A stretch of 64,000 nt of DNA from Candidatus Nomurabacteria bacterium (lineage in GTDB: Bacteria; Patescibacteriota; Minisyncoccia; Phycocordibacterales; UBA9973). Under the pieces are notes generated by a model. It did no database searches and was not told where the DNA came from. It saw only the letters and a list, made by a program, of their open reading frames with translations. Below are positions 48,838 to 59,932 of the stretch, piece after piece; the first letter of the stretch is position 1; each line of letters begins with the position of its first letter. Position numbers and translations under genes: made by a program. Where the stretch lies: assembly GCA_026396065.1 (NCBI GenBank), contig JAPLXO010000011.1, forward strand, positions 10,748-74,747, in the 5' to 3' direction.

Positions 48838-49751
48838 AAGTAGAAGAAAAAAAGTCATATGTTGGGCCAGTGCTGATAATTATTGCAGCATTACTTTGGG
48901 CTGTGGACGGAGTAATTCGTCGCAATCTTTATACCTTGCCACCAATTACAATAATATTTTTTGAACACTTAATCGGTTTTGGAATCTTGCTTCCTTTCGC
49001 TTGGAAATATGTCGTCAAAGCAGAGCTCACAAAAAGAGAATGGATTCTAACTATCGTAGTAGCGACATTGAGTGGACTGCTAGGAACACTTTGGTTCACG
49101 ACTGCGCTCCTGAAAGTGCATTTTATTTCTTTCTCTGTAGTTTTTTTATTACAAAAATTACAACCACTTTTCGCTATTGGAACTGCTTCAATTTTCTTGA
49201 AAGAAAAAATGGATAAAAGATATATTATCTGGGCATTGCTTGCCATTGCTTCTGCATATTTCGTCACATTTCCAAATGGCGTCGTGAATTTTTCGACAGG
49301 TGAGGGTACGATCATCGCCGCAGTTTACGCTCTCGGTGCAGCTATTGCATGGGGAAGCTCTACTACATTTTCTAAAATGCTCCTAGGCAAAGTCCGTGCT
49401 GAAGTCAGCACTTTTTATCGTTTTCTTTTTACAATGTGTTTAGCTTTTCCTATTATTTTAATCACTGGAAATAAAGCCTCGCTAACTGCTATAAATATCA
49501 ATCAATTAGGCTTATTTGCGCTTATAGCGGTGTCTACTGGTATGGTAGCACTCCTCATCTATTACAAAGGCCTCGCGAAAACTCCTGTGCATATTTCTAC
49601 AATCCTTGAACTCACATTTCCATTTATCGCAATTTTCATCGATATGAAGCTCTATCACACAGTCCTCACTCCAATGCAATGGATTATGTCCCTCGTTCTC
49701 GTATTTAGTATCTACAAAATCGCCCGGTTGAGAGAAAGTATTGTAGCCTAA
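48825..49751 (+). CDS. EamA/DMT-family transporter
   Basis: About 10 TM, LQPLF...IFLKEK; overlaps kinase stop. Confidence 0.88.
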   Translation: MQEIKVEEKKSYVGPVLIIIAALLWAVDGVIRRNLYTLPPITIIFFEHLIGFGILLPFAWKYVVKAELTKREWILTIVVATLSGLLGTLWFTTALLKVHFISFSVVFLLQKLQPLFAIGTASIFLKEKMDKRYIIWALLAIASAYFVTFPNGVVNFSTGEGTIIAAVYALGAAIAWGSSTTFSKMLLGKVRAEVSTFYRFLFTMCLAFPIILITGNKASLTAININQLGLFALIAVSTGMVALLIYYKGLAKTPVHISTILELTFPFIAIFIDMKLYHTVLTPMQWIMSLVLVFSIYKIARLRESIVA

Positions 49752-49909
49752 TAGCTGTTGACTTCTTCTAATTAAATATGGTAATGTAAAACTAATTTCG
49801 TACTTTGAAAATAGGTTTTTTGTTATAGATTTTTGTGTTCTCCCTGTTTCTTTATGGAGATGGAGAGAACATTAAAATAATAATAATCTATCTTAAATAA
49901 AAATTCAAA

Positions 49910-50167
49910 ATGAAAAAATTAAAACAAAACAAAAAAGAAACCACGGACGTTGTTTCTTTAAAAAACCAAATTACAGCTACTGCTTCTTTTGGACCAACTG
50001 AAGGTGGGAAAGGTACCACAATAAGTTTAGAATTTACTTTCCCCGAAAAGTGGTCTAATAAAAAAATAGAGAAAGAGACTAAAAAAATAAATTCTAGACT
50101 TCGGAGTTTAATAGGAGAAACTATTAATGGAAGTAAGATTTTAGACGTAATAACACCTTTAAACTAA
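49910..50167 (+). CDS. Small hypothetical protein
   Basis: 85 aa ORF with TTGACT/TAATGT promoter, leader hairpin and terminator taaaaccc..gggtttta. Confidence 0.5.
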   Translation: MKKLKQNKKETTDVVSLKNQITATASFGPTEGGKGTTISLEFTFPEKWSNKKIEKETKKINSRLRSLIGETINGSKILDVITPLN

Positions 50168-50250
50168 TTTTTTTATTTTATAATTCTTCTTAAAACCCGG
50201 TATTCAATTACAGGGTTTTAAATTTACCATTTTTCTGTTAAAATGCACTA

Positions 50251-52827
50251 ATGCAAAAGAAAACAACTAAGAAAATAAATGTTCGATTGGCGACACATAT
50301 AATGCCTATTCATTATGAAATAACCTTGAGGCCAGATCTCGAAGCGCATGTTTTCAGTGGTGAAGAAATAATTACGATAAGTACAGACAAGGCTGTGAGT
50401 GAAATAACTCTACACTCAAAAGAATTACATATAGAAAGTGCAGAAGTGGTACTCGGTAAAGAAAAAATTCAAACTAAAAAAATTACTTATAATGAAAAAT
50501 TAGAAACTGCGACTTTTATTTTTCCAAAACAAATTAAAAAAGGGAAACTGAAACTCCATATTATTTTCCGTGGAATTTTGGCCGATAATATGCGAGGATT
50601 TTACAAGAGTAAATATGTCGTTGATGGAAAAGAGAGATTTATGGCGACAACGCAATTTGAAGCCACAGATGCCCGCCGATGTATTCCATGTTTTGATGAG
50701 CCGACACATAAAGCGGTTTTCCTAGTGCACTTGATAATACCAAGTGACAAGACTGCAATTTCAAATACTTTGCCAGCAATAGTAAAAGAGCATAGCGCTG
50801 GTTTCAAAATTGTTTCTTTTGATGAAACTCCAAAAATGTCTACATACCTCCTCGCTTTTATCGTCGGAGATTTCGAATGGTTAGAAAAGAAAACAAGGAC
50901 AGGAGTAAAAGTTCGAGTAATGACTGTCCCTGGTAAAAAAGAACAAGGGACTTTTGCATTAGATGTGACAGTGAAATGTCTCGAATTTTATGAAAAATAT
51001 TTTGATATAAAATATCCACTCGATACTTTGGACATGCTCGCAATTCCAGACTTTGCTTCCGGTGCGATGGAAAACTGGGGCGCAGTGACTTTCCGAGAAA
51101 CTTGCCTACTCGTAGATGAGAAAAATACTTCAACAGCTACAAAAGAATATGTGGCTATCGTCGTGGCGCACGAGCTCGCACACCAATGGTTCGGCAACCT
51201 CGTCACGATGGAATGGTGGACACATTTATGGCTCAACGAAGGCTTTGCTTCTTATATTCCATATCTTGCTATCGATGAATTTTTCCCTAGCTGGAAAATA
51301 TGGGATAAATTTGCGACAGACGACCTAGCAATAGCACTGAAGCTCGACGCACTCAGCAATACACATCCGATAGAAGTAGATGTTCACAATCCAAATCAAA
51401 TCGGAGAAATTTTTGATGCAGTGTCATATAGTAAAGGTGCGACAGTCATCCGCATGCTCGCAGAATATATCGGCGAGAAAAATTTCCGTGACGGACTAAG
51501 ATATTATTTAAAGAAACATAGCTATAAAAATGCTTCGACGATACACCTCTGGGATGCATTTGAAAAAGTCTCAAAAAAACCTATTAAAAAAATGATGGCT
51601 ATTTGGACAGGGAAGTCTGGCTACCCAGTAATTTCAATAAAAGAAAAAGGTAACAAATTGGAAATTTCTCAACAGAGACATTATTCTAGTGAGACGAGTA
51701 GGAAAGAAAATAAAGATAAAACCGTGTGGCCAATACCACTTTCTTTTATTACAAAAAGAGATACAAATAAGTTTCCATTAATGACTTCAAAGAAAATCTC
51801 TATTATGAAGCCAGCCGATACATGGTTTAAAGCTAATTCAAATGAGACAGGATTATATAGAACAAATTACGATAAAAAATTCTTGATAGATTTGATCACA
51901 CCCATAGAAAATAAAGCTCTATCATCAGTAGATCGTTTAGGAATAATCCGTGATCAATTCTCTCTTTCTGAATCAGGAATAATTTCTACGACAGATGCAC
52001 TGGAAACTTGTTTACTGTATAAAAAAGAAGATACTTTGATCGTTTGGACTGAAGTAATCTCTGGACTTCGTTATATTGCAAATATTTTAGCCGGCACAAA
52101 AGCTGAAGAAAATTTTAGAGTGTATGCCAGAGAAATTTTAAAAGAAATTGTTTTAGAAGTTGGCTTTGAAAGTATTGAAAGTGAAGGGCACAATGAGTCA
52201 TTGCTTCGTCCGCTCGTACTAGGCGCATCATCATATTTTGGTGATACTGACACTATTTCAAAAATGAAAATAATTTTTGAAAATAGAAAAAATAAAATTA
52301 TCAATCCAGATATTCGTAGTATTATTTATGGCACAATAGTGCGTGAAGGTGGCGAAAAAGAATACAACGAAATTCTAGAAATGTTTAATACTGAAACAAT
52401 GCACGAGGAGAAGAATCGTTTGCTCGGTGCACTGGGAGCAACACGTAATAAAAAATTGTTACAAAAAACATTAGACTTCATAATGACAGACAAAGTGCGC
52501 TTGCAAGACAGAAATAGTGCTTTTGCTAGTGTCCTAGTAAATACTCATGGACGAGAAATCGGCTGGGAATTCTTGAAAAGGAATTGGGATAAAATAGGAA
52601 AAGCATATGGTGATGGAAATCATTTACTGGCTAGACTCGTATCAGTCTTAAATCGTAATACCACAAAAGAGGCTTTGAATGATATCAAAAAATTCTTTAA
52701 AACCCACAGTGCACCTTCTGCAGAAAGAACAATACTCCAAACCCTTGAACATATCGATTCAAATATAAAATGGCTAAAAAGAGATGAAAAAAATATTGAA
52801 AACTGGTTAATGAATATTAAATATTAA
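50251..52827 (+). CDS. pepN: M1 family aminopeptidase
   Basis: GAMENWG, HELAH-x18-E, YSKG; ERAP1-like C-terminus. Confidence 0.95.
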   Translation: MQKKTTKKINVRLATHIMPIHYEITLRPDLEAHVFSGEEIITISTDKAVSEITLHSKELHIESAEVVLGKEKIQTKKITYNEKLETATFIFPKQIKKGKLKLHIIFRGILADNMRGFYKSKYVVDGKERFMATTQFEATDARRCIPCFDEPTHKAVFLVHLIIPSDKTAISNTLPAIVKEHSAGFKIVSFDETPKMSTYLLAFIVGDFEWLEKKTRTGVKVRVMTVPGKKEQGTFALDVTVKCLEFYEKYFDIKYPLDTLDMLAIPDFASGAMENWGAVTFRETCLLVDEKNTSTATKEYVAIVVAHELAHQWFGNLVTMEWWTHLWLNEGFASYIPYLAIDEFFPSWKIWDKFATDDLAIALKLDALSNTHPIEVDVHNPNQIGEIFDAVSYSKGATVIRMLAEYIGEKNFRDGLRYYLKKHSYKNASTIHLWDAFEKVSKKPIKKMMAIWTGKSGYPVISIKEKGNKLEISQQRHYSSETSRKENKDKTVWPIPLSFITKRDTNKFPLMTSKKISIMKPADTWFKANSNETGLYRTNYDKKFLIDLITPIENKALSSVDRLGIIRDQFSLSESGIISTTDALETCLLYKKEDTLIVWTEVISGLRYIANILAGTKAEENFRVYAREILKEIVLEVGFESIESEGHNESLLRPLVLGASSYFGDTDTISKMKIIFENRKNKIINPDIRSIIYGTIVREGGEKEYNEILEMFNTETMHEEKNRLLGALGATRNKKLLQKTLDFIMTDKVRLQDRNSAFASVLVNTHGREIGWEFLKRNWDKIGKAYGDGNHLLARLVSVLNRNTTKEALNDIKKFFKTHSAPSAERTILQTLEHIDSNIKWLKRDEKNIENWLMNIKY

Positions 52828-52831
52828 TTTT

Positions 52832-53686
52832 ATGTGGCTACCTTTTGCAATTCTTGCAGCAATTATTTCAGGATCAAGAAGAGTTTACGATAAGCATTTA
52901 ACAAAAAGCTTTGGTAATTTTTCTGTTGGTTTTATTGTTCAAGCTTTTTCACTTTTACCAACACTAATATTATTTTTATTTTTTCCAATTCCAAAAGATA
53001 TCTTACATTTACCTTGGCAATTTTGGTGGCCACTTTTAATTATCTGGTTGATTCTTTATCCTGTTCAGACATATTTTATGTATCGTTCAATGAGAGAAGG
53101 GGAGCTTTCTTCTGTAACACCTATCCTGGCTTTAATTCCAGCATTTAATATAATTTCTTCATTCTTTTTAATTCATGAAATACCTTCAATTTTAGGTATT
53201 TTAGGTATTATTCTTATAATAGCTGGTGTCTATCTTTTACTAAAAAAGAGGGGTGAACATATGAAAAGCAAACCAGAATTATGGATGATAATCACGACTA
53301 TTGGTATTGCGATTGGATCTACTTTAGATAAAATTTCTGTCTCGGCTTCCACACCAGTTTTTTATAGTTTTATGAATACCTTAGGTGCAAGTATCGTATT
53401 TATAATACTAATGAGAATATACAAACAACACGGTGAACTAAAAAAAATGAAAGGGAACTTATTTTGGCAATTTATGCTTGTCGGAATCTTCCAAGCTATT
53501 TCTTATACAGCCAGCATGTTCGCTTTTGCTAAAGGCCCGACTTCTTATGTCTTAGCAATTAGAGGTGGAGGATATATAATAGCTGCTTTATGGGGTCTGA
53601 TTGTTTTAAGAGAGAATTTTTCTAATCGTAAACGTTTTGCCTTTTTATTTTTTTTATTAGGTGTAATTTTATTAGCATTCTCATAA
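52832..53686 (+). CDS. EamA/DMT-family transporter
   Basis: About 10 TM, two EamA halves. Confidence 0.85.
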   Translation: MWLPFAILAAIISGSRRVYDKHLTKSFGNFSVGFIVQAFSLLPTLILFLFFPIPKDILHLPWQFWWPLLIIWLILYPVQTYFMYRSMREGELSSVTPILALIPAFNIISSFFLIHEIPSILGILGIILIIAGVYLLLKKRGEHMKSKPELWMIITTIGIAIGSTLDKISVSASTPVFYSFMNTLGASIVFIILMRIYKQHGELKKMKGNLFWQFMLVGIFQAISYTASMFAFAKGPTSYVLAIRGGGYIIAALWGLIVLRENFSNRKRFAFLFFLLGVILLAFS

Positions 53687-53727
53687 CGTTTTAATTAAGT
53701 TTTAAAAATGTTAAACTATTGAATAAT

Positions 53728-54489
53728 ATGGAAAATGACACTTTAGAAAATTCATATAAGGTCAAAACCGTCAATTTTGAAGGACCTTTTGGTTTGCTTT
53801 TAAATTTAATAGAAGCTAGAAAACTTTTCATAAATGAAATCTCTTTGGCACAAGTGACAGAGGATTATATAAATTATGTAAATAATTTAGGAGGGTTGAG
53901 CTCGGCGGAAATTTCTAGTTTTATTGTCGTCGCAGCGACGCTGATTTTAATTAAATCAAAATCTTTACTTCCAAATTTAAATCTGACAAATGAAGAAGAA
54001 GGGGAGATTGTAAATCTTGAAGAACGCTTAAAACTTTTTGAATTATATTCAAAACTTGGATTAAACATAAAAAGAGATTTTGGTAAGAAAATAATTTTTG
54101 CACCACTAGAACGAAAAAATGATACTTTGATTTTCTTGCCTGATGATCAAATAACTCGAGAGAGTATGATGACTTTTGCAAATGATGTTATAAATAAAAT
54201 TCCTAAAAAAATAATATTACCGGAAGTAGAAGTGAGAAAAGTGATCAGTATCGAAGAAATGATAGATAAACTCGCAGAGAGAATGCAAACAGCTATAAAA
54301 ATGAATTTTAAAGAATTTACAGGTAAAGGTGTGACGAAAGAAGAGCGTGTAGTTGTAATTGTTGGATTTCTTGCTATGCTAGAGTTAGTCCGCCAAGGTA
54401 TAGTGAACGTTGTTCAAGAAAACAATTTTCAAGATATAATTATAGAACAACATTCTTCAGATGAAGTAGTGTCATTAGCCATAGAATAA
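53728..54489 (+). CDS. scpA: Segregation and condensation protein A
   Basis: FEGPFGLLLNLI, AATLILIKSKSLLP, FLAMLELVRQG. Confidence 0.95.
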   Translation: MENDTLENSYKVKTVNFEGPFGLLLNLIEARKLFINEISLAQVTEDYINYVNNLGGLSSAEISSFIVVAATLILIKSKSLLPNLNLTNEEEGEIVNLEERLKLFELYSKLGLNIKRDFGKKIIFAPLERKNDTLIFLPDDQITRESMMTFANDVINKIPKKIILPEVEVRKVISIEEMIDKLAERMQTAIKMNFKEFTGKGVTKEERVVVIVGFLAMLELVRQGIVNVVQENNFQDIIIEQHSSDEVVSLAIE

Positions 54490-54490
54490 T

Positions 54491-55051
54491 ATGAATTTAG
54501 AACAAAAAATAGAATCAGTCTTATTTTGGAAAGGGGAACCAGTCTCGATGAGAAAATTGCGAGATATTTTAAAAGTGGAAGAAAATGAAATTACTGAAGG
54601 TGTAATTCGACTTAAGGAAAATTTGGCTAATAGAGGGATAGTTTTAGTTGAAAAGAATGATGAGATAATGCTCGGCACTGCACCAGAACTTTCAAAACTT
54701 TTTGAAGACTTACAAAAAGAAGAATTAAATAAAGAGCTTTCAAAATCAAGCCTCGAAACACTTTCTATTGTACTTTACAAAAATGGCGTTGCCCGTTCTG
54801 AAATTGATTATATTCGTGGAGTAAATTCTAGTTTTATTCTTCGTGCACTATCTATACGTGGACTAGTAGAAAAAATCACTGACCCAGAAGATTCACGTAG
54901 ATATATCTACAAACCAACTTTTGAATTACTTTCATTTATGGGAATAAAAAATGTAGAAGAATTACCTGATTATGCTGAAGTAAATAATTCTATTAAAACA
55001 GAAATTGTAAGACTAAATGAAGAAATAAAGAAAGAAAATGAAGGCAACTAA
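54491..55051 (+). CDS. scpB: Segregation and condensation protein B
   Basis: IESVLF, LSKSSLETLSIVLY, RSEIDYIRGVNS, LEELP-like end. Confidence 0.95.
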   Translation: MNLEQKIESVLFWKGEPVSMRKLRDILKVEENEITEGVIRLKENLANRGIVLVEKNDEIMLGTAPELSKLFEDLQKEELNKELSKSSLETLSIVLYKNGVARSEIDYIRGVNSSFILRALSIRGLVEKITDPEDSRRYIYKPTFELLSFMGIKNVEELPDYAEVNNSIKTEIVRLNEEIKKENEGN

Positions 55052-55925
55052 AGAACAAAAATTATTACTTTTTGTTCTTATTCTCCTTCTTTTGGAAGGA
55101 GTTTTCTTTAGTTTAAGTAAATATCAAATAAATAAAAAAGAAGAAATTGAAAATGAAATTATTCTGAATGAAAAAAAACTAATAAATCAAAAATTATCAA
55201 ATTTACAAATGGAAGCAAAAGCTGTATCTATTTACGACTTAGATAAAAATGAATTTATTTACGGGAAAAATGATACTATTCCAATGCCTCTGGCTTCATT
55301 GGTAAAAACAATGACAGTATTGATCGCCACACAAAACAACTTTGATAAAATCATAATTTCAAAAGAATCAATAAATCAAGCAGAGGATAATGGTCTTTAT
55401 GCAGGTGAAATATGGAATATTAATGATTTGGCAAAGTTTAGTTTAATTGCTTCTTCAAATGATGGAGCTTATGCTTTGAGTGAAGGAATAGATAATTTTA
55501 TTTTTAAAATGAATGAGGAAGCAAAAAAAATTGGTATGGAACACACAATTTTTTATAACCAAACAGGATTAGATATTGACGACAAAAATGCTGGAGCCTA
55601 TGGAAATGCAAACGACATGAACACTCTAGCTGTATTTGCATATCGTTTTAATAAAAGTTTATTTGAAGCCACACAAAATAAAGAATTAAATTTTAACATA
55701 ACTAGTGGCAACAAAATTTTCTCACATACAGCACAAAATACTAACAATTTAATAGGAAAAATACCAAATATTCTTTTTTCAAAAACTGGTCATACAGAAC
55801 TCGCAGGAGGAAATTTGACTATAATTTGGGAAAACAACAAAGGTAAACAGTATGCTATCACAGTACTAGGTTCGTCTGTAGATGGACGTTTTTCTGATAT
55901 GGAAAAGATTATAAGTGTATTATAA
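55038..55925 (+). CDS. D-alanyl-D-alanine carboxypeptidase (S11)
   Basis: ASLVKTMT (SxxK), SSND (SxN), KTG; N-terminal TM. Confidence 0.9.
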   Translation: MKATKEQKLLLFVLILLLLEGVFFSLSKYQINKKEEIENEIILNEKKLINQKLSNLQMEAKAVSIYDLDKNEFIYGKNDTIPMPLASLVKTMTVLIATQNNFDKIIISKESINQAEDNGLYAGEIWNINDLAKFSLIASSNDGAYALSEGIDNFIFKMNEEAKKIGMEHTIFYNQTGLDIDDKNAGAYGNANDMNTLAVFAYRFNKSLFEATQNKELNFNITSGNKIFSHTAQNTNNLIGKIPNILFSKTGHTELAGGNLTIIWENNKGKQYAITVLGSSVDGRFSDMEKIISVL

Positions 55926-55933
55926 TTAAGCTT

Positions 55934-57691
55934 ATGGAAGCTGAGACAAGAAATTGCCAAAATTGTAAAAAAAACTTCTTAATAGAAGCAGAAGATTTTG
56001 ACTTCTACCAAAAAATGAAAGTTCCTCCTCCGACTTTTTGTCCAGATTGTAGATATAAACGTAGAGCTATATGGCGCAACGCCCGCCATTTATTTCGAGG
56101 TAAAGATTATATTACGGGCAAAGAATTATTTACCGGAATCCCTCCACAATCTGGATTATCTATATATGAACAAGAATACTGGAACAGTGATAAATGGGAT
56201 TCTTTAGAATATGGTATAGAGTATGATTTTTCTACTGCATTCTTTAAGCAGTTTAATCAACTTTTCCGTTCAGTCCCATATCCTGCAAAATCAATGCAGC
56301 GTTGTATAAATTGTGATTATTCAAACATGTGTGATGATATGAAAAATTGCTATTTGTGTTTCAACGCAACTTTTATGGAAGATTCTGCTTATTGTTGTAA
56401 TGGAAGTGTTTTAAAAAATTGTTTTGATTTAACTAGTTGCTATAATAGTGAATTTTGTTACGACAATGTTCGTGTAGATAAAAGCTATCACACTATTGGC
56501 TCAGTAAATTCAGAAAGTTGTGTTGACGTGTGGTTTTCAAAAAATTGTGTTGGTTGCACCGATTGTTTTGGTTGTGTAAATTTACGCAATGCTAAGTATT
56601 TCATTTTTAACAAACAATTTTCAAAAGAAGAATATTTTAATGCACTCAAATTAATGAATCTTGGTACATGGGATGGTTTTTATAAAGCTAAAATAGAGTC
56701 ACAAAATTTTTGGGAAAAATTCCCTATCAAATATATGCTAGGGTTTAGAAATCATGATGTACTAGGTGAAGATATAAAAGATAGTAAAAATGTAAAATAT
56801 AGTTATATCGTTCAACAAGGAGAAAATTTAAAGTATGTGCAAGATGTTCCGTTTGGCGGTGCTAGTAACTCATACGATTACACCTGTTGGGGAGTTAGTG
56901 CTTCACAAATATATGAATGTATGATTGTTGGAGAACAAGTGGACAATATGAAATTTTGTTTTGAATGCTGGCCGGTGTGTCAGGAATTAGAATATTGTAT
57001 AAATATGAGACGTTCAAAAAACTGCTTTGGATGTGTCGGCATGAAGGACGCTCAATATTGCATTTTAAATAAAAAATACTCAAAAGAAGATTATTTTGAA
57101 CTTGTAGAAAAAATCAAAAAGCATATGGATGAAATGCCTTATATAGATAAAAGAGGAAATTTATATAAATATGGTGAATTTTTTCCTGTGGAATTATCCC
57201 ATTTAGCATATAACGAAACATTACTTAATGATCAGTTTCCTTTAGATAAGGAAACTGTCGAAAAGTTAGGTTTTATTTGGCATGATATAAATAGAAAAGA
57301 ATACGAGGTCACTATACTTACGAAGGATTTACCTCAAATCATTTCAGAAACTCACGAAGCTGTAACTAAAGAAATAATCGAATGTATTGATTGTAAAAAA
57401 GCTTATAGAATTATTTTAAATGAATTTAATTTTTTAAAGAATTTTAACTTACCACTACCTAGAAATTGTGTTGATTGTAGATTCTCTCAAAGACAAAGGT
57501 TTATGGTACCGCCAGTTTTAAAATTTATTGAGTGTATGTGTTCTGGTTATAAATCTTCAAATTCAATTTATAAGAATAATCAAAAACACACTTCACACGA
57601 AGGTAAATGCCAAAATACTTTTCAAACTGCATACAATATAGAAAAAGAAATTATCTATTGTGAGAAGTGCTATCAATCAGAAGTTTATTAA
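55934..57691 (+). CDS. Cys-rich zinc-ribbon repeat protein, paralog 7
   Basis: MEAETRNCQNC..PPTFCPDCR; DCFGCVNLRNAKY; ends YCEKCYQSEVY. Confidence 0.9.
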   Translation: MEAETRNCQNCKKNFLIEAEDFDFYQKMKVPPPTFCPDCRYKRRAIWRNARHLFRGKDYITGKELFTGIPPQSGLSIYEQEYWNSDKWDSLEYGIEYDFSTAFFKQFNQLFRSVPYPAKSMQRCINCDYSNMCDDMKNCYLCFNATFMEDSAYCCNGSVLKNCFDLTSCYNSEFCYDNVRVDKSYHTIGSVNSESCVDVWFSKNCVGCTDCFGCVNLRNAKYFIFNKQFSKEEYFNALKLMNLGTWDGFYKAKIESQNFWEKFPIKYMLGFRNHDVLGEDIKDSKNVKYSYIVQQGENLKYVQDVPFGGASNSYDYTCWGVSASQIYECMIVGEQVDNMKFCFECWPVCQELEYCINMRRSKNCFGCVGMKDAQYCILNKKYSKEDYFELVEKIKKHMDEMPYIDKRGNLYKYGEFFPVELSHLAYNETLLNDQFPLDKETVEKLGFIWHDINRKEYEVTILTKDLPQIISETHEAVTKEIIECIDCKKAYRIILNEFNFLKNFNLPLPRNCVDCRFSQRQRFMVPPVLKFIECMCSGYKSSNSIYKNNQKHTSHEGKCQNTFQTAYNIEKEIIYCEKCYQSEVY

Positions 57692-57736
57692 TCTAAAACC
57701 GAGACATACTAACAAAAAACTGATATAATATCGTCT

Positions 57737-58786
57737 ATGCTTATAAATTTGATTAAAATATTCTTACCAGCCACAGTTGCTTTCTTTTTAGGTATTTTAA
57801 TAACCCCTATTGCTACACATTTTTTTTATAAACATAAAATGTGGAAGAAATATGTACGAACTGAGGATTCTAAAAATGAAGACTTCAAAAAAATACACAA
57901 CACGACCGGGGAATTGGGGACACCTAGAGTAGGAGGAATAATTGTTTGGGTTTCTGTCTTAGGAACAACACTTATTTTTTATTTACTATCTATTTTATTT
58001 CCTTCTGATACTACTACAAAAATGAATTTTTTAAGTAGAAATCAAACTATTATCCCTTTTTTTACTTTATTATTTGGGTCATTACTTGGACTTATTGATG
58101 ATCTTATTCAAATATATGGTAAAGGAAAGATAGCTCACGACGATAAATCTTGGGGTAAAATAAAAGTATTTCTTATTGGGGGAATTTCTCTTTTAGTTGG
58201 AATTTGGTTTTTTTATAAACTTGGTATGCACTCTATTCACATCCCATTTGATGGTTCATGGGAACTGGGTCTTTTATTTATACCATTTTTTGTAATAATT
58301 TCTTTAGCTACATTTTCTGGTGGGGTTATAGATGGTATTGATGGTCTTTCTGGTGGGGTACTCACAGCTATTTTCGCATCTTACTCAATAATAGCGTTTA
58401 CACAAAACAAAATAGATATTTCAGCATTTTGTGCTGTTTTGACTGGAGGAACATTGGCCTTCCTTTGGTTTAATATACCTCCAGCAAGATTTTACATGGG
58501 GGAGACAGGTATGATGGGTTTAACAATAACTCTCGCCACAATAGCATTTATTACAGATACTGTTTTAATTTTACCAATAATTGCTTTTATATTAGTTATT
58601 TCTTCTTTATCAAGTATTATACAAATGTCATCAAAAAGATTTTTTAATAAGAAGATTTTTTTAGTTGCTCCATTACACCACCATTTACAAGCTCTTGGTT
58701 GGCCGAGCTATAAAATTACAATGCGTTTTTGGATTTTATCTGTAATCTTTGCAATTATTGGAGCAATCTTAGCTATAGTAAGTTAA
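57737..58786 (+). CDS. mraY: Phospho-N-acetylmuramoyl-pentapeptide transferase
   Basis: TPRVGG, GLIDD, DGIDGL, FYMGETG, APLHHH. Confidence 0.93.
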   Translation: MLINLIKIFLPATVAFFLGILITPIATHFFYKHKMWKKYVRTEDSKNEDFKKIHNTTGELGTPRVGGIIVWVSVLGTTLIFYLLSILFPSDTTTKMNFLSRNQTIIPFFTLLFGSLLGLIDDLIQIYGKGKIAHDDKSWGKIKVFLIGGISLLVGIWFFYKLGMHSIHIPFDGSWELGLLFIPFFVIISLATFSGGVIDGIDGLSGGVLTAIFASYSIIAFTQNKIDISAFCAVLTGGTLAFLWFNIPPARFYMGETGMMGLTITLATIAFITDTVLILPIIAFILVISSLSSIIQMSSKRFFNKKIFLVAPLHHHLQALGWPSYKITMRFWILSVIFAIIGAILAIVS

Positions 58787-58801
58787 TAAATTTCTAATTT
58801 A

Positions 58802-59914
58802 ATGAAAGAAAAAAAAATAGATAAATTTTTTTTAGGTATAATTATTTTCCTCTTAGGAATAGGTGTAGCTATGTTTGTTTCAGCATCTTTGGGTATTTTA
58901 GTAAGAAGCGAGAAAACTTTTTATTCTGTATTGATAAGTCAATTAATTTTAGGTCTTGGTTTTGGTATTTTAGGTATGATTTTTTGCTTAAAAGTTAATT
59001 ATAAATTTTGGCGTAAACATGCATTTTTTATTTTTATTGGTTCAATCCTTTTAACTGCTGCAGTATTTATTCCTCACTTGGGTTTTACTCATGGTGGAGC
59101 AAGAAGATGGATAACACTTGGCTTTGTTTCTTTTCAACCTAGTGAAATTTTAAAATTTGGTTTTGTTATTTATTTTGCAGCATGGCTTTCTTGGGCAAAA
59201 AATAAAGTACGTAACTTTAAATTTGGAATATTACCGCTAGCTGTTATGTTAGCAATAATTGCTGGAATTCTTTTTAAACAACCAGATACAAAAAGTTTTA
59301 TTTTAATAACATTAACAGGTATTGCAATGCTTTTTATTTCTGGTGTACCTATCAAATATATTATAGGAATAGGACTATCTTTAGTTTTAGTTTTAGGAAT
59401 ATTGGTAACTTTCACCCCCTATTTAAAAGCTAGGGTAAATACTTTTATACATCCAGCAGAAGATTCTCAAGGTTCCTCTTATCAACTTCAACAATCATTG
59501 ATAGCCATGGGTTCAGGTGGAATTTTTGGAAGAGGATATGGGCAAAGTATACAAAAATTTAGCTATTTGCCAGAACCACAAGGAGATTCAATTTTTGCTG
59601 TTATAGGGGAAGAATTAGGATTTATTGGTTGTATATCAATAATATTTTTATATGTATTATTTGCTTTAAGAGGTCTAAGAATAGCAAACCGTTCCCCAGA
59701 TTTATTTAGTAGACTTCTTGTTTCCGGAATTGTTATACTAGTTACAGCACAATCATTTATGAATATTGCATCAATTACTGGGGTTTTTCCTTTAACCGGT
59801 GTACCACTTGTTTTTATGAGTCAGGGAGGCACATCGTTTATGATAGACTTAATGGTAATAGGTATTGTGCTTCAAATATCAAAATTCCAAAGGGAGAATT
59901 CGCAATTAACATAA
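58802..59914 (+). CDS. ftsW: SEDS peptidoglycan polymerase FtsW
   Basis: GARRWI, FQPSEILK, QPD, YLPE..DSIFAVIGEELG, PLTGVPL.F.S.GG; between mraY and murG. Confidence 0.93.
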   Translation: MKEKKIDKFFLGIIIFLLGIGVAMFVSASLGILVRSEKTFYSVLISQLILGLGFGILGMIFCLKVNYKFWRKHAFFIFIGSILLTAAVFIPHLGFTHGGARRWITLGFVSFQPSEILKFGFVIYFAAWLSWAKNKVRNFKFGILPLAVMLAIIAGILFKQPDTKSFILITLTGIAMLFISGVPIKYIIGIGLSLVLVLGILVTFTPYLKARVNTFIHPAEDSQGSSYQLQQSLIAMGSGGIFGRGYGQSIQKFSYLPEPQGDSIFAVIGEELGFIGCISIIFLYVLFALRGLRIANRSPDLFSRLLVSGIVILVTAQSFMNIASITGVFPLTGVPLVFMSQGGTSFMIDLMVIGIVLQISKFQRENSQLT

Positions 59915-59932
59915 TTAAAATAAAAAAATAAA

